DNA of 64,000 nucleotides from a virus (lineage: Duplodnaviria > Caudoviricetes), in the IMG/VR virus record IMGVR_UViG_3300003086_000115. The stretch is one strand, 5' to 3'. Made by a program: the position numbers and the translations under genes. This document shows, one piece after another, positions 31,629-41,041 of the stretch (the first letter of the stretch is position 1; each line of letters starts with the position of its first letter). Under the pieces are notes generated by a model. It was not told where the DNA came from. It worked only from the letters and a program-made list of their open reading frames with translations, and ran no database searches.

Positions 31629-31919
31629 ATGAATTTACAAGAGAGCATTAAGAAAGACTTAGCGTTATTTGAAGAAACAGAAACGCATACTAGTGCTTTA
31701 CATAAGTTAGTAAACCAGATAGAACATCTAATATTAACAGTAACACCAGATACTGATGTAGCTGATTATGTTGCTAGCACTTACGGTGATAGTTACTATA
31801 GAGATTTTAAAGAAGCACAACAGCATTTAAGTAAAGCCGCTGGCATTTTAGAAGATATAATGGCAGAAACCACAGGTGAACCAGGTGTAGAAGCACCAGA
31901 AGTACCTTTCCCATTTTAG
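31629..31919 (+). CDS. MNLQESI-leader cassette 2
   Basis: MNLQESIKKDLALFEE leader. Confidence 0.6.
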   Translation: MNLQESIKKDLALFEETETHTSALHKLVNQIEHLILTVTPDTDVADYVASTYGDSYYRDFKEAQQHLSKAAGILEDIMAETTGEPGVEAPEVPFPF

Positions 31920-31927
31920 AGAATATT

Positions 31928-32203
31928 ATGAACTTACAAGAAAGCATTAGAAGCGACTTAGCACTATTTGAAGAAGAGGCTCCTAGCGAAGAACAACACG
32001 TTATGCAAATTCTTGCTAATTTTAGGGAACTTTATCAACAAATTGAAGCGGTAGATAACGGATATGTGTTATCTGGACATAGAATTAAAACTATGCGCGA
32101 AATGTATCATGCGATAATTGAAAGCCATTTTTCAATGAATTCAGGAATGAGACAAGGTATTCCAGATTTAGATGGCAGTATCTACGATCACCCAACGGAT
32201 TAA
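31928..32203 (+). CDS. MNLQESI-leader cassette 3
   Basis: MNLQESIRSDLALFEE leader. Confidence 0.6.
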   Translation: MNLQESIRSDLALFEEEAPSEEQHVMQILANFRELYQQIEAVDNGYVLSGHRIKTMREMYHAIIESHFSMNSGMRQGIPDLDGSIYDHPTD

Positions 32204-32207
32204 TATT

Positions 32208-32807
32208 ATGAACTTACAAGAAAGCATTAGAGCAGATTTAAACAAACTTAACTCAAGCAGTATTAACGAAGACGAGCAATTAGATGAAGTTTGGCCTGCA
32301 TTACCTGTTGTTGCGGCAGCGGCTGCGAAGTACGGACCAAAAGTTTCAAAAGCTATAAAAGATATGATCAAAGCCGCAAACAATAACAAGGTGATGAGTT
32401 ATAGTGGTAAATCAAAAAAAATGAAAACAAAGGAACGTGCAGATGGAGCACAGCCGAGTAAAGAAGAATTAGACGCGGCAAGCAAGTGGTATAAAGATGC
32501 GGCAAAAACAAGTACAAAGAAGAACGAAAGCATTGTTGAAGCAGAAGCTGACGGCAACCTTACTGAAGAGAAAGTAGGCACTATCACTAATAATGATAAC
32601 CCACAAGACCCTGAGGTAAGAATTAGCGGGTTTGGTGATATGACTTTATCACAGCTTAAACAAAACGTACAAGGTAAATTAGAAGACCTTGTTAGACGTG
32701 GTAAAGAAGGTGAGTACAGTACTGCTAGTTGGGCAATTAATGAGCAAGGAACTTTAGGGCATTTGCTTAAAGCAATTGCTGATATCACGGAAGAGATGGA
32801 ACAGTGA
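32208..32807 (+). CDS. MNLQESI-leader cassette 4 (true start 32208)
   Basis: MNLQESIRADLNKLN leader; internal INE/LDE/IVE/LTE sites. Confidence 0.6.
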   Translation: MNLQESIRADLNKLNSSSINEDEQLDEVWPALPVVAAAAAKYGPKVSKAIKDMIKAANNNKVMSYSGKSKKMKTKERADGAQPSKEELDAASKWYKDAAKTSTKKNESIVEAEADGNLTEEKVGTITNNDNPQDPEVRISGFGDMTLSQLKQNVQGKLEDLVRRGKEGEYSTASWAINEQGTLGHLLKAIADITEEMEQ

Positions 32808-34300
32808 AATTAAACGAAGGACCAAAAATACATAAAGACCATAAAGGTAATCATTTATATGATACTAATGGTCAAATGGCACAGTCTTTCCCAAAAGGTA
32901 GAGAAGGTTTAAAAATGGCTAGACAAGCAATGTATAAGAATTTTAAAGGGTTAAACGTAGAACAAGAACCACAGCAACCAGTAGTAGAAGAAGATTCACT
33001 TGATGACAGAGTACAATATGATGCACATGGTTTTGCAACAGTACATCACAATGATAAGTTTTATTTAATTTTTAATGATGAAGTTGTTGGTGAGTACGAT
33101 ACCGTTGATGAATTAAAAAGCGCACATGAACATGTTATTAATAAAATCAAACTAAGAACAGAGGGAATAGATATGAAATTAGAAGAAGAATTTAACAAAC
33201 AGTTAGAAGAAGGAATGACAGTTAATACTACTTCTAATAAAGACCAAGGTGTAGAAGATACCGTTATAGTTAATGCAGACGGCAACGATGCTAAAGAACT
33301 AATCATGATGCTTAAAAATGCAGGTATAGACGGCGAAGTCGAAAGCAAATGCGGCACATGTATGGATACAGAAGCACCAAGCGAAATGAGCCAAGGCAGT
33401 GAACAAGATGCGCTAATGCAAATGTTACAAATGGCAGGCATGGATACAGACAACGTAACTGTTATGCCATTGAATGCTGATTGTGGCGGACAACACGAAA
33501 GTGTAGAAGAAGATTTAGCAAATGCCCCAGATGAAAAGTATGCTGAAACAGACTATATGATTAATAAATTAGCAGGCGGTATTAATAAGCCTAAGAACAT
33601 GTATAGACAAGCGGCAGATGGTGATAACCCAATGCGTACAAAAGCAATGCCAGTTACGGGCTTAGAAGAAAGTTTAATGAAAGAGTACAACGACTTTGTT
33701 CCTGAAGGACTTAATATTATAAAGAAAGTACCGAGTGCAGATGCACAGCGAAAAGTAAGACCACAGTCAAAAGTAAAGAAACAACCAAAAGTACCAACAC
33801 CAGGTACACTAGTTGGCGAAAGTGAAGACGAGCAATTAGATGAAGTTTGGCCTGCATTACCTGCATTTGCGGCAGCGGCGGCAAAGTATGGACCAAAAGC
33901 TTTAAAAGCTTTGAAAAACCTTACAAAGAAAAAAGTAGATCCTGCGTCGCTTGGGCAAGGCGTGGCTGCCACCGCAACTGGTGTAGGTTTAGCTGGAATG
34001 GCAGTTGATAAGTTAAGTAAGAAACCACCAACAGCCAAAGCAGATCAAAAACCTGTAGAAGAAGATCACCCACAAGGATTAGAAGGCAGAGGAGGCGATG
34101 AAACTAACTCTAAGAGTAAGAAACCATGGTTTATTAAGAAACCAACAGCTAAAGCAGATGGTAGAGGACTAGATGGTAGAGGACTAGATGGTAGAGGACT
34201 AGGTAGTGATGAAAACCCTCCTCCCGCATTACGTAGTCCAAAAGCTAAAGCAGATGATTGGTGGGATGAATTTTTAAATTCGAGATTATTCGACGATTAG
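32804..34300 (+). CDS. Acidic putative head-core polyprotein with multiple (L/I/V)-X-E sites
   Basis: LNE, VVEE, LEE, VEE, LDE sites; shares a segment with 32208. Confidence 0.5.
   Translation: MKLNEGPKIHKDHKGNHLYDTNGQMAQSFPKGREGLKMARQAMYKNFKGLNVEQEPQQPVVEEDSLDDRVQYDAHGFATVHHNDKFYLIFNDEVVGEYDTVDELKSAHEHVINKIKLRTEGIDMKLEEEFNKQLEEGMTVNTTSNKDQGVEDTVIVNADGNDAKELIMMLKNAGIDGEVESKCGTCMDTEAPSEMSQGSEQDALMQMLQMAGMDTDNVTVMPLNADCGGQHESVEEDLANAPDEKYAETDYMINKLAGGINKPKNMYRQAADGDNPMRTKAMPVTGLEESLMKEYNDFVPEGLNIIKKVPSADAQRKVRPQSKVKKQPKVPTPGTLVGESEDEQLDEVWPALPAFAAAAAKYGPKALKALKNLTKKKVDPASLGQGVAATATGVGLAGMAVDKLSKKPPTAKADQKPVEEDHPQGLEGRGGDETNSKSKKPWFIKKPTAKADGRGLDGRGLDGRGLGSDENPPPALRSPKAKADDWWDEFLNSRLFDD
34156..34202 (+). 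repeat. 15-bp tandem repeat x3 encoding DGRGL
   Basis: (AGATGGTAGAGGACT)3. Confidence 0.95.
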
Positions 34301-34328
34301 AACTAGAATACCGTAGTCAAAAAAACGG

Positions 34329-34356
34329 TTGACATCTCCTAGATATTGTGTATAAT
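34329..34356 (+). promoter_or_regulatory. Sigma70-type early promoter
   Basis: TTGACA-N16-TATAAT, then AGGAG RBS. Confidence 0.85.
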
Positions 34357-34383
34357 AGCACGCATTAATTACAGGAGATTAAT

Positions 34384-34725
34384 ATGAACGTAGGCATTGT
34401 CGGGTCTAGGACCTTTACAGATTATCAAAAATTAAAAGATTGGTGTGATGCCAATCTCACACCAATCGATGTCATTGTTTCGGGTGGCGCCAAAGGTGCC
34501 GATGCATTAGGTGCTCGATATGCTGAAGAACGTGGCTTAAAAACTCTTATCTTTAAACCAGACTGGGCTAAACACGGTCGCGGTGCTGGCTTTGTTAGAA
34601 ACAAAACTATTGTTGATAATTCAGATATTCTTGTTGCTTGTTGGGACGGTCAGTCTCGTGGTACCGCTAACTCAATTAAACTTGCTCAGAAAAAAGGCAT
34701 CGAAATCTTCTACATCATGGAATAG
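34384..34725 (+). CDS. SLOG-superfamily protein (YspA/DprA-like nucleotide-binding Rossmann fold)
   Basis: IVGSR, VSGGAKGAD, AG..RN..IV..SD.LVA.WDG.S.GT. Confidence 0.85.
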   Translation: MNVGIVGSRTFTDYQKLKDWCDANLTPIDVIVSGGAKGADALGARYAEERGLKTLIFKPDWAKHGRGAGFVRNKTIVDNSDILVACWDGQSRGTANSIKLAQKKGIEIFYIME

Positions 34726-34739
34726 CATAAATATGGAAT

Positions 34740-35468
34740 ATGCTACTACAGAATTTGTTCGAAGATTTCAAAACACAAGATAACAAATTAGGATTTGACT
34801 ACTCTTCAAGTGGTATGACTAAACTTGGCAAAGGCAAAGCGTTCCAGCCATATATAGCAAAGGGTATTAATGTAGCGCATCATCCTGTCTATAGTGTATA
34901 TAAAATGGTACAAGCCACAGATGTTATGTCATCTATTAAAGGTAATGGACCGTACGAAGTAGACCAAAACGATTACCGACAATTCTTAAAAAGAACATCT
35001 ATCTTTCTGCAATCTAAAGTAATACGTCCTAATAAAATAGACGTGATTATTACACCAACGAGCTCAAGCAACATACTAAACGACCTATTAGCAGACTTAC
35101 AACAACGAGCGCAAGGTGTTGAGTTCTATCCTGAATATTTTGTTAAGTCGATAGATCCATCACAGATCAAAATAGATATAGAGAACCCAAAGATGACGCC
35201 TAAAATTTTAGCAGGGTTACAAGGTGTATTAAACAAAGCAATTAAAGACGGGTACTTAGAAATGAAGAAGTTTGACAAGCGGTTTGTTAAGTTTGTAAGT
35301 AATTACTTCTCGTTAGCAGGTCCGCTAAGTAAACGTGTAACCGAACAATCAAATATATTAGTCTTAGACGACGTACTAGCATCAGGTGCTACATTCGTAG
35401 AACTGTTCCGGAACTTAGAAGGTTATCCACATAATAACCTTATAGGTGCAAGTATATTTAAGACATAA
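34740..35468 (+). CDS. Type I phosphoribosyltransferase-fold protein
   Basis: PRPP-binding loop ILVLDDVLASGATF; N-terminal DVIITPTSSS loop. Confidence 0.8.
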   Translation: MLLQNLFEDFKTQDNKLGFDYSSSGMTKLGKGKAFQPYIAKGINVAHHPVYSVYKMVQATDVMSSIKGNGPYEVDQNDYRQFLKRTSIFLQSKVIRPNKIDVIITPTSSSNILNDLLADLQQRAQGVEFYPEYFVKSIDPSQIKIDIENPKMTPKILAGLQGVLNKAIKDGYLEMKKFDKRFVKFVSNYFSLAGPLSKRVTEQSNILVLDDVLASGATFVELFRNLEGYPHNNLIGASIFKT

Positions 35469-35568
35469 CGATTTTTACCTTAGGACTGAGGTGAATGGCC
35501 AGGTGCTAGCTACCCATAGACACTAAACTTACTCTTGTCTATAAAGTGAGACTCTATAAATATCCGTA

Positions 35569-36576
35569 ATGTATTCCTTTAACGAAATCAAAAGAGTTCA
35601 TCTTGAGCTATCATCATTATGCAATGCTAGATGCCCAGGCTGTCCGAGAAATTTCTATGGATATCCATTTAATGATGGATATATCGAACGTAATCTATCT
35701 CTAGTAGAAATACAAAAAATCTTCTCAGATGCATTCCTACACCAGCTAACACATATTAGAATTAACGGAAACTTCGGTGATTTTGTTTCAAATAACGAGT
35801 CCCCCGAGATAGTTAAATGGTTGTTATCTAAAAACAAAAACCTAAAAATACACGTTAGTACTAATGGATCTGCTCAGAGTAAAAGATTTTGGGAAAGGTT
35901 AGGAAAAACTAGTATAGTTGTTGAGTTTTGTATCGATGGGTTAGAAGATACGCATACCTTGTACCGCCAAGGAACAAACTTTAATAGAATTCTAAAAAAT
36001 GCAACTACCTTTATTAATAGCGGTGGGGTAGCACATTGCAAGATGATAGAGTTCGACCACAATAAAGATCAGAAGTCGCTCCTTAAAAAAGTAGCACATA
36101 AACATGGATTTGCTAAGTTCAAAGTTATAAAGAATACACGAGGTGCATTACCTGCTTTTGATAATAAAGGTAATTTAGTACATGTTATAGATAATTCAGA
36201 CAGTATTAGATTTGATGAAGCATTTAACAAACGGGAAATCGATGAAGTCCTGCTAGAAGATATCGTTGACGAACGCACACCTAACTCAATTAACTGTGAA
36301 GTTAAAAAAACAAAGGAAATCTATATATCGTCAACTGGTGATATTTATCCTTGTTGTTATATGGGATTTGAGCCAAAAACTTACGGACATGGCAATTATC
36401 ACCAGCCTGTAAATGCACAGTTCAAAGATACTATATCACATAATAATGCTATTAAGTATCCGCTTGAGGAATGCATACAATGGTTTAACACAATTGAGGA
36501 AACATGGAACATCAAGACATTTGAAGAAGGTCGCCTTATAGTATGTAATGATAACTGTAGTACGTGTTCTGAGTAA
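35569..36576 (+). CDS. Radical SAM enzyme with SPASM/twitch-like C-terminus
   Basis: CNARCPGC, STNG, IDG, C...G.IYPCC...C..NC. Confidence 0.9.
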   Translation: MYSFNEIKRVHLELSSLCNARCPGCPRNFYGYPFNDGYIERNLSLVEIQKIFSDAFLHQLTHIRINGNFGDFVSNNESPEIVKWLLSKNKNLKIHVSTNGSAQSKRFWERLGKTSIVVEFCIDGLEDTHTLYRQGTNFNRILKNATTFINSGGVAHCKMIEFDHNKDQKSLLKKVAHKHGFAKFKVIKNTRGALPAFDNKGNLVHVIDNSDSIRFDEAFNKREIDEVLLEDIVDERTPNSINCEVKKTKEIYISSTGDIYPCCYMGFEPKTYGHGNYHQPVNAQFKDTISHNNAIKYPLEECIQWFNTIEETWNIKTFEEGRLIVCNDNCSTCSE

Positions 36577-36584
36577 ATAGTATT

Positions 36585-38153
36585 ATGGGATTCCAATCAG
36601 ACGGTAGCGAGTTAATACGCAAGCCACATATAAAAACAGCATACACAGATAAAGAGTTAGAAGACTTTGTAAAGTGTGTTGACCCAGAAAAAGGAATCTA
36701 TTATTTTATTAGTAATTTCTTTTGGATACAACATCCAGTACAAGGAAAAATACAATATCAACCGTATGATTTTCAAAAAGAGTTAATACATAACTACCAC
36801 GAGTATCGATTTAGTATAAACATGCTATCTCGACAAACAGGTAAAACTACTACTGCGGCAGGATACTTACTTTGGTACGCAATGTTTAGTCCAGATAAGA
36901 CTATATTAGTTGCGGCACACAAATATGATGGTGCACAAGAGATTATGCAACGTGTAAGGTTTGCATATGAAAGTTGTCCAGATCATGTACGTGCAGGTGT
37001 AACAAGCTACAATAAAGGTTCAATAGAATTTGATAATGGTAGTAGAATTATATCACAGACAACTACTGAAACAACAGGTCGTGGTTTATCTATCTCGCTA
37101 TTGTACTGTGATGAGTTTGCCTATGTAAGGCCAAATATTGCCGCTGAGTTTTGGACATCGATTTCACCTACATTAAGTACTGGTGGTAATGCGATTATTA
37201 CAAGTACACCAAATAGTGACGAAGATCAATTTGCTTTAATATGGAAAGGTGCTAATAAGTGCGAAGATGAATTCGGCAACGAGACTAAATTAGGCGTTAA
37301 CGGATTTAAAGCGTACAAATCGATATGGCACGATCATCCAGATCGTGATATAAAATGGGCAGATGAAGAAAAGGGTCGTATAGGTGAAGAGCGTTTTCGT
37401 AGAGAGCATTTATGCGAGTTCATTATTAATGATGAAACACTAATTAATGCGTCTAAGCTATTTGATTTAGAAGGTATAGATCCGTTGTATAAGAACGGGC
37501 AAGTACGCTGGTTTAAGAAACCAGAAAAAGGTAAGATTTATTGTATAGCACTTGACCCTAGCTTAGGCACAGGCGGAGATCCTTCAGCAATTCAAGTATT
37601 TGAGGCGAATACAACAACACAAGTAGCCGAATGGCGACATAACAAAACCCCGATTCCTGTACAAATTAGGATCATGCATGAAATTATTACATATATTAAT
37701 GACATAATAGATGATTCAACAAGTATATATTATAGTTTAGAAAATAATACACTTGGTGAAGCGGCCTTAATAAGTTTAGCAGAGTTTGGTGAAGATAGGT
37801 TCCCTGGAATGTTATTGAGCGAAGGCAAGAGAGCCGGACACGTAAGATCGTATCGTAAAGGTTATACTACGACAAATAAAAGCAAACTAAGTGCGTGTGC
37901 TAAGTTAAAGACACTTGTAGAAACAGGTAAAATGACTATTAATAGTAGAAGTCTTGTATCTGAGTTTAAGAACTTTGTAGCAATAGGTACTACTTACGCG
38001 GCAAAGCCTGGATCAACGGACGATTTAGTTATGAGTACAGTGTTAATAGTAAGAATGCTACAAACCTTACAAAATTACCATACAGACTTAGATAATCAGA
38101 TAAGAGATTATGATGATTTCACGGTAGAGCCTATGCCCTTCATACTTTTTTGA
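36585..38153 (+). CDS. gp17: Terminase large subunit
   Basis: SRQTGKTT Walker A, LLYCDEFA Walker B, ITSTPN, ALDP..G.GGD and DDLVM nuclease motifs. Confidence 0.95.
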   Translation: MGFQSDGSELIRKPHIKTAYTDKELEDFVKCVDPEKGIYYFISNFFWIQHPVQGKIQYQPYDFQKELIHNYHEYRFSINMLSRQTGKTTTAAGYLLWYAMFSPDKTILVAAHKYDGAQEIMQRVRFAYESCPDHVRAGVTSYNKGSIEFDNGSRIISQTTTETTGRGLSISLLYCDEFAYVRPNIAAEFWTSISPTLSTGGNAIITSTPNSDEDQFALIWKGANKCEDEFGNETKLGVNGFKAYKSIWHDHPDRDIKWADEEKGRIGEERFRREHLCEFIINDETLINASKLFDLEGIDPLYKNGQVRWFKKPEKGKIYCIALDPSLGTGGDPSAIQVFEANTTTQVAEWRHNKTPIPVQIRIMHEIITYINDIIDDSTSIYYSLENNTLGEAALISLAEFGEDRFPGMLLSEGKRAGHVRSYRKGYTTTNKSKLSACAKLKTLVETGKMTINSRSLVSEFKNFVAIGTTYAAKPGSTDDLVMSTVLIVRMLQTLQNYHTDLDNQIRDYDDFTVEPMPFILF

Positions 38154-38209
38154 TATATTAAAATCTTAACTTAGCATAAGTAAGAGTATCACACAGTCCA
38201 CTAAAATAC

Positions 38210-39499
38210 ATGCAAGAAAACACATCTAAAAAGCTATTTGATATATTAATAAGTAAAGGATTTGACCCTAAGACTCTTAACTCAGAGGGCAAATCGATTA
38301 TTAATATAGACAAAGCAAGCATCTTTAGTTTTGATTACCAGCCAAACAAAGACAACTATGGTACAGTTGTTATACTGTTAGATGATGAAGAGAACTTCGA
38401 CATCTTTTACGGTGATAACATTGGTAAGAGTATGGATAGAGATTCCAAAAATGATTGGTATGAGCTATTAACACAGTTACGTTACTTTGCAAAGCGCAAC
38501 TTATTGAGTTTCTCGTTAAAGAATATCAACAGATTAAAGTACTCAATGCAAGGTATGGCCGCTATTAAAGAAGGGCTATACGAAGGATGGAATGGTACTA
38601 GCAAAACAAGTTATAACCCGCAGAGAAAAAACACACGTATTATTGCTAGACATAGTAAGAGAATAGGTGAAGGTGATCAACGTTTCCGTAACATTAAATC
38701 ATTATTCATTGAGAATGCAGACGGTGAGCGATTTAAGTTACCGTTTGTTAATATAGGCGGTGCTAGAGCAATGGCACGACATGTATCAGAAGGTGGCAAC
38801 CCATACGATGTATTCGGACAGCACATTACAGAAACAGTTAAAGATATAGGCGCATTAGGTAGATTTATGCGTGTTAGATCACTAAACGAAAGTGAAGAAA
38901 CTAGTAATTTAGTAGAAAATTGCAAAACACATTATAAAAAACTACGTGAAAACTTAAAGACAATAGGTAAAGTACGAGGTTATAACAAATACAAAGAGTC
39001 ATGGTCTCCAGCAGATATAAATGAAGATGATGCAGTAATTGAGAATATACGCAGTCTGTTACTTCCTGAAGGATCAGATGCAAGAGTAGACGAGGCAATA
39101 CCTGCTTTAACTAGAGTGTTAGCAGGTAACATAACAATACAAGAAGACAATCCATCAATTGGAGATAGCGATAATATGAAAGAGTTAAGAGCGTTTGAAA
39201 ACTGGGCACAGAATATTAGTGAAGGTACGTGGGCTATTCCAGATGGTGAAGATGCAGTAAAAGAGTTAAGAATAATGTTAGCGAATGCGTTGCCTGTTGG
39301 TGTAGATGCGCTTAATGCTACAGAAGCTTTGTATAATGTTATTGGTGACGATAACCTATTTGATAACTTAGATGAATTAGCACAAACAGACCCACAAGCA
39401 GATGCTCGACCTCTAATCATAGATTGGCTTAAAGAGTTTGCTTATAGTTATAATGGTATGGACAACATATTACAAGATCTAGAAATTGATGTCAACTAA
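38210..39499 (+). CDS. Hypothetical protein, possibly head-associated
   Basis: 429 aa with several (I/L)-X-E sites (IKE, LYE, LNE, INE, ISE). Confidence 0.45.
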   Translation: MQENTSKKLFDILISKGFDPKTLNSEGKSIINIDKASIFSFDYQPNKDNYGTVVILLDDEENFDIFYGDNIGKSMDRDSKNDWYELLTQLRYFAKRNLLSFSLKNINRLKYSMQGMAAIKEGLYEGWNGTSKTSYNPQRKNTRIIARHSKRIGEGDQRFRNIKSLFIENADGERFKLPFVNIGGARAMARHVSEGGNPYDVFGQHITETVKDIGALGRFMRVRSLNESEETSNLVENCKTHYKKLRENLKTIGKVRGYNKYKESWSPADINEDDAVIENIRSLLLPEGSDARVDEAIPALTRVLAGNITIQEDNPSIGDSDNMKELRAFENWAQNISEGTWAIPDGEDAVKELRIMLANALPVGVDALNATEALYNVIGDDNLFDNLDELAQTDPQADARPLIIDWLKEFAYSYNGMDNILQDLEIDVN

Positions 39500-39905
39500 A
39501 CTAACAGAAGACGATATAAAGATAATACTAGAAGGTGCTGTTCTTGATAAATTAAGAAAGCCCGAAACATTATCGTGGACTAAAGAATTGAGCAAACGAG
39601 TATTACCACAAAAGATGTTTGACTATTTTAGTCAAAAATTACACGATGGGCAGTACAAAATGGCAATGAAAATCTATGCTGAGCTAATGCGTGCAAATAG
39701 ACTTGCTCCGCCGCGTTTCTCTGAACATCCTAAAGATAGACTGCCAATGACACATAGACAGCGTGTTTATACTGCGGCAAGAATTGCAGGCGTGCAACCT
39801 AGAGAGTTCTCTAACGTGTTTAATCAAATAATAGACGACTATCAAGAACAGTTCGCAGATGATGCTGAACTAAACAAAATCAAAGGTTTAGCCGGAACAG
39901 AATAA
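39486..39905 (+). CDS. Hypothetical protein
   Basis: LTE/ILE leader; ends ELNKIKGLAG. Confidence 0.5.
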   Translation: MMSTKLTEDDIKIILEGAVLDKLRKPETLSWTKELSKRVLPQKMFDYFSQKLHDGQYKMAMKIYAELMRANRLAPPRFSEHPKDRLPMTHRQRVYTAARIAGVQPREFSNVFNQIIDDYQEQFADDAELNKIKGLAGTE

Positions 39906-40063
39906 ACGGCTAAACGCCCTATTCTTTTTAACCTTCTTCTTATATAAAGTATATATAATATTCGTATGTGTATAAATAAATCGCATTGAGCAGTTTAAGA
40001 ATGCATATTTTAAATTCCCGCGAAGGGTGTTTAACTTTTGGATAATATATAGGAGTAGTAAAA

Positions 40064-41026
40064 ATGGCTAGTTTAGCAGATATCAGAGCCCGTTTAGCGG
40101 CACAAGACAACAGATCATCAAGTAACACAGGCGATGGATTAGTATACACACATTGGAATATAGACGACGGCGCACAAGCAGTTTTAAGATTCTTACCCGA
40201 CGCAGATACAAGTAACCCTTTCTTTTGGGTAGAGAGACAAGTAATTAAGTTACCTTTTCCAGGCGTAGTAGGTGGTGACCAAAAAGAAGTAATAGTACAA
40301 GTTCCTTGTATGGAAATGTACGGACCAAACGAATCATGTCCAGTTTTAGCAGAAGTTCGTCCTTGGTTTAAAGATAAATCATTAGAAGATATGGGTCGTA
40401 AGTATTGGAAGAAGCGTACAGCAATTTTCCAAGGCTTTGTACATGCAGATCCAACTAATGAAGATGCACCAGAGAACCCAATCAGAAAGTTTATGATTAG
40501 TCCTTCAATTTTTAATATCATTAAGGCAAGCTTGATGGATCCTGAGATGGAAGACTTACCAACAGACTACGATAATGGCTTAGACTTTAGAATTGCTAAG
40601 ACAACTAAAGGACAGTATGCAAACTATGATACTAGTACTTGGTCACGCAAGGAATCAGCATTAACTGTTGATGAGTTAGAAGCTATTGAAAAGCATGGCT
40701 TAAACAACTTATCAGATTGGTTACCTAAGAAGCCTACTGACGTTGAACTTAAAGCTATCTTTGAAATGTTTGAAGCAAGTGTAGATGGACAACAGTACGA
40801 TCCAGAGAAATGGGGTCAGTACTACAAGCCATACGGTTTAGAAGTTAAGAAACCAGTTAATGAAGTTACACCTGTAGCAGACGTTAGCGATGTAGGTGAT
40901 AGTCCTTTTGCTGATACTGCAAATGATGTAGTAGAAGTTAAGACTGAAACAGTTGCGGCACCAGCATCAACAAGTTCTAAAGCTGAAGACATCTTAGCAC
41001 AAATTAGAGCAAGACAAGCAGGTTAA
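40064..41026 (+). CDS. gp32: Single-stranded DNA-binding protein, gp32-like
   Basis: AVLRFLPD, C...CPV, GLDFRIAK..KGQYANYDTS.W; acidic tail. Confidence 0.85.
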   Translation: MASLADIRARLAAQDNRSSSNTGDGLVYTHWNIDDGAQAVLRFLPDADTSNPFFWVERQVIKLPFPGVVGGDQKEVIVQVPCMEMYGPNESCPVLAEVRPWFKDKSLEDMGRKYWKKRTAIFQGFVHADPTNEDAPENPIRKFMISPSIFNIIKASLMDPEMEDLPTDYDNGLDFRIAKTTKGQYANYDTSTWSRKESALTVDELEAIEKHGLNNLSDWLPKKPTDVELKAIFEMFEASVDGQQYDPEKWGQYYKPYGLEVKKPVNEVTPVADVSDVGDSPFADTANDVVEVKTETVAAPASTSSKAEDILAQIRARQAG

Positions 41027-41041
41027 CACTAGCTAGAACAA

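Noticed and set aside
31296-32260. CRISPR array from the spaced ~50-bp repeats
   Set aside because: Repeats are degenerate at synonymous positions and coding; spacers are ~250-bp ORFs; no cas genes
39940-40521. 193-aa minus-strand ORF over gp32
   Set aside because: Antisense to a confidently assigned core gene; no motifs
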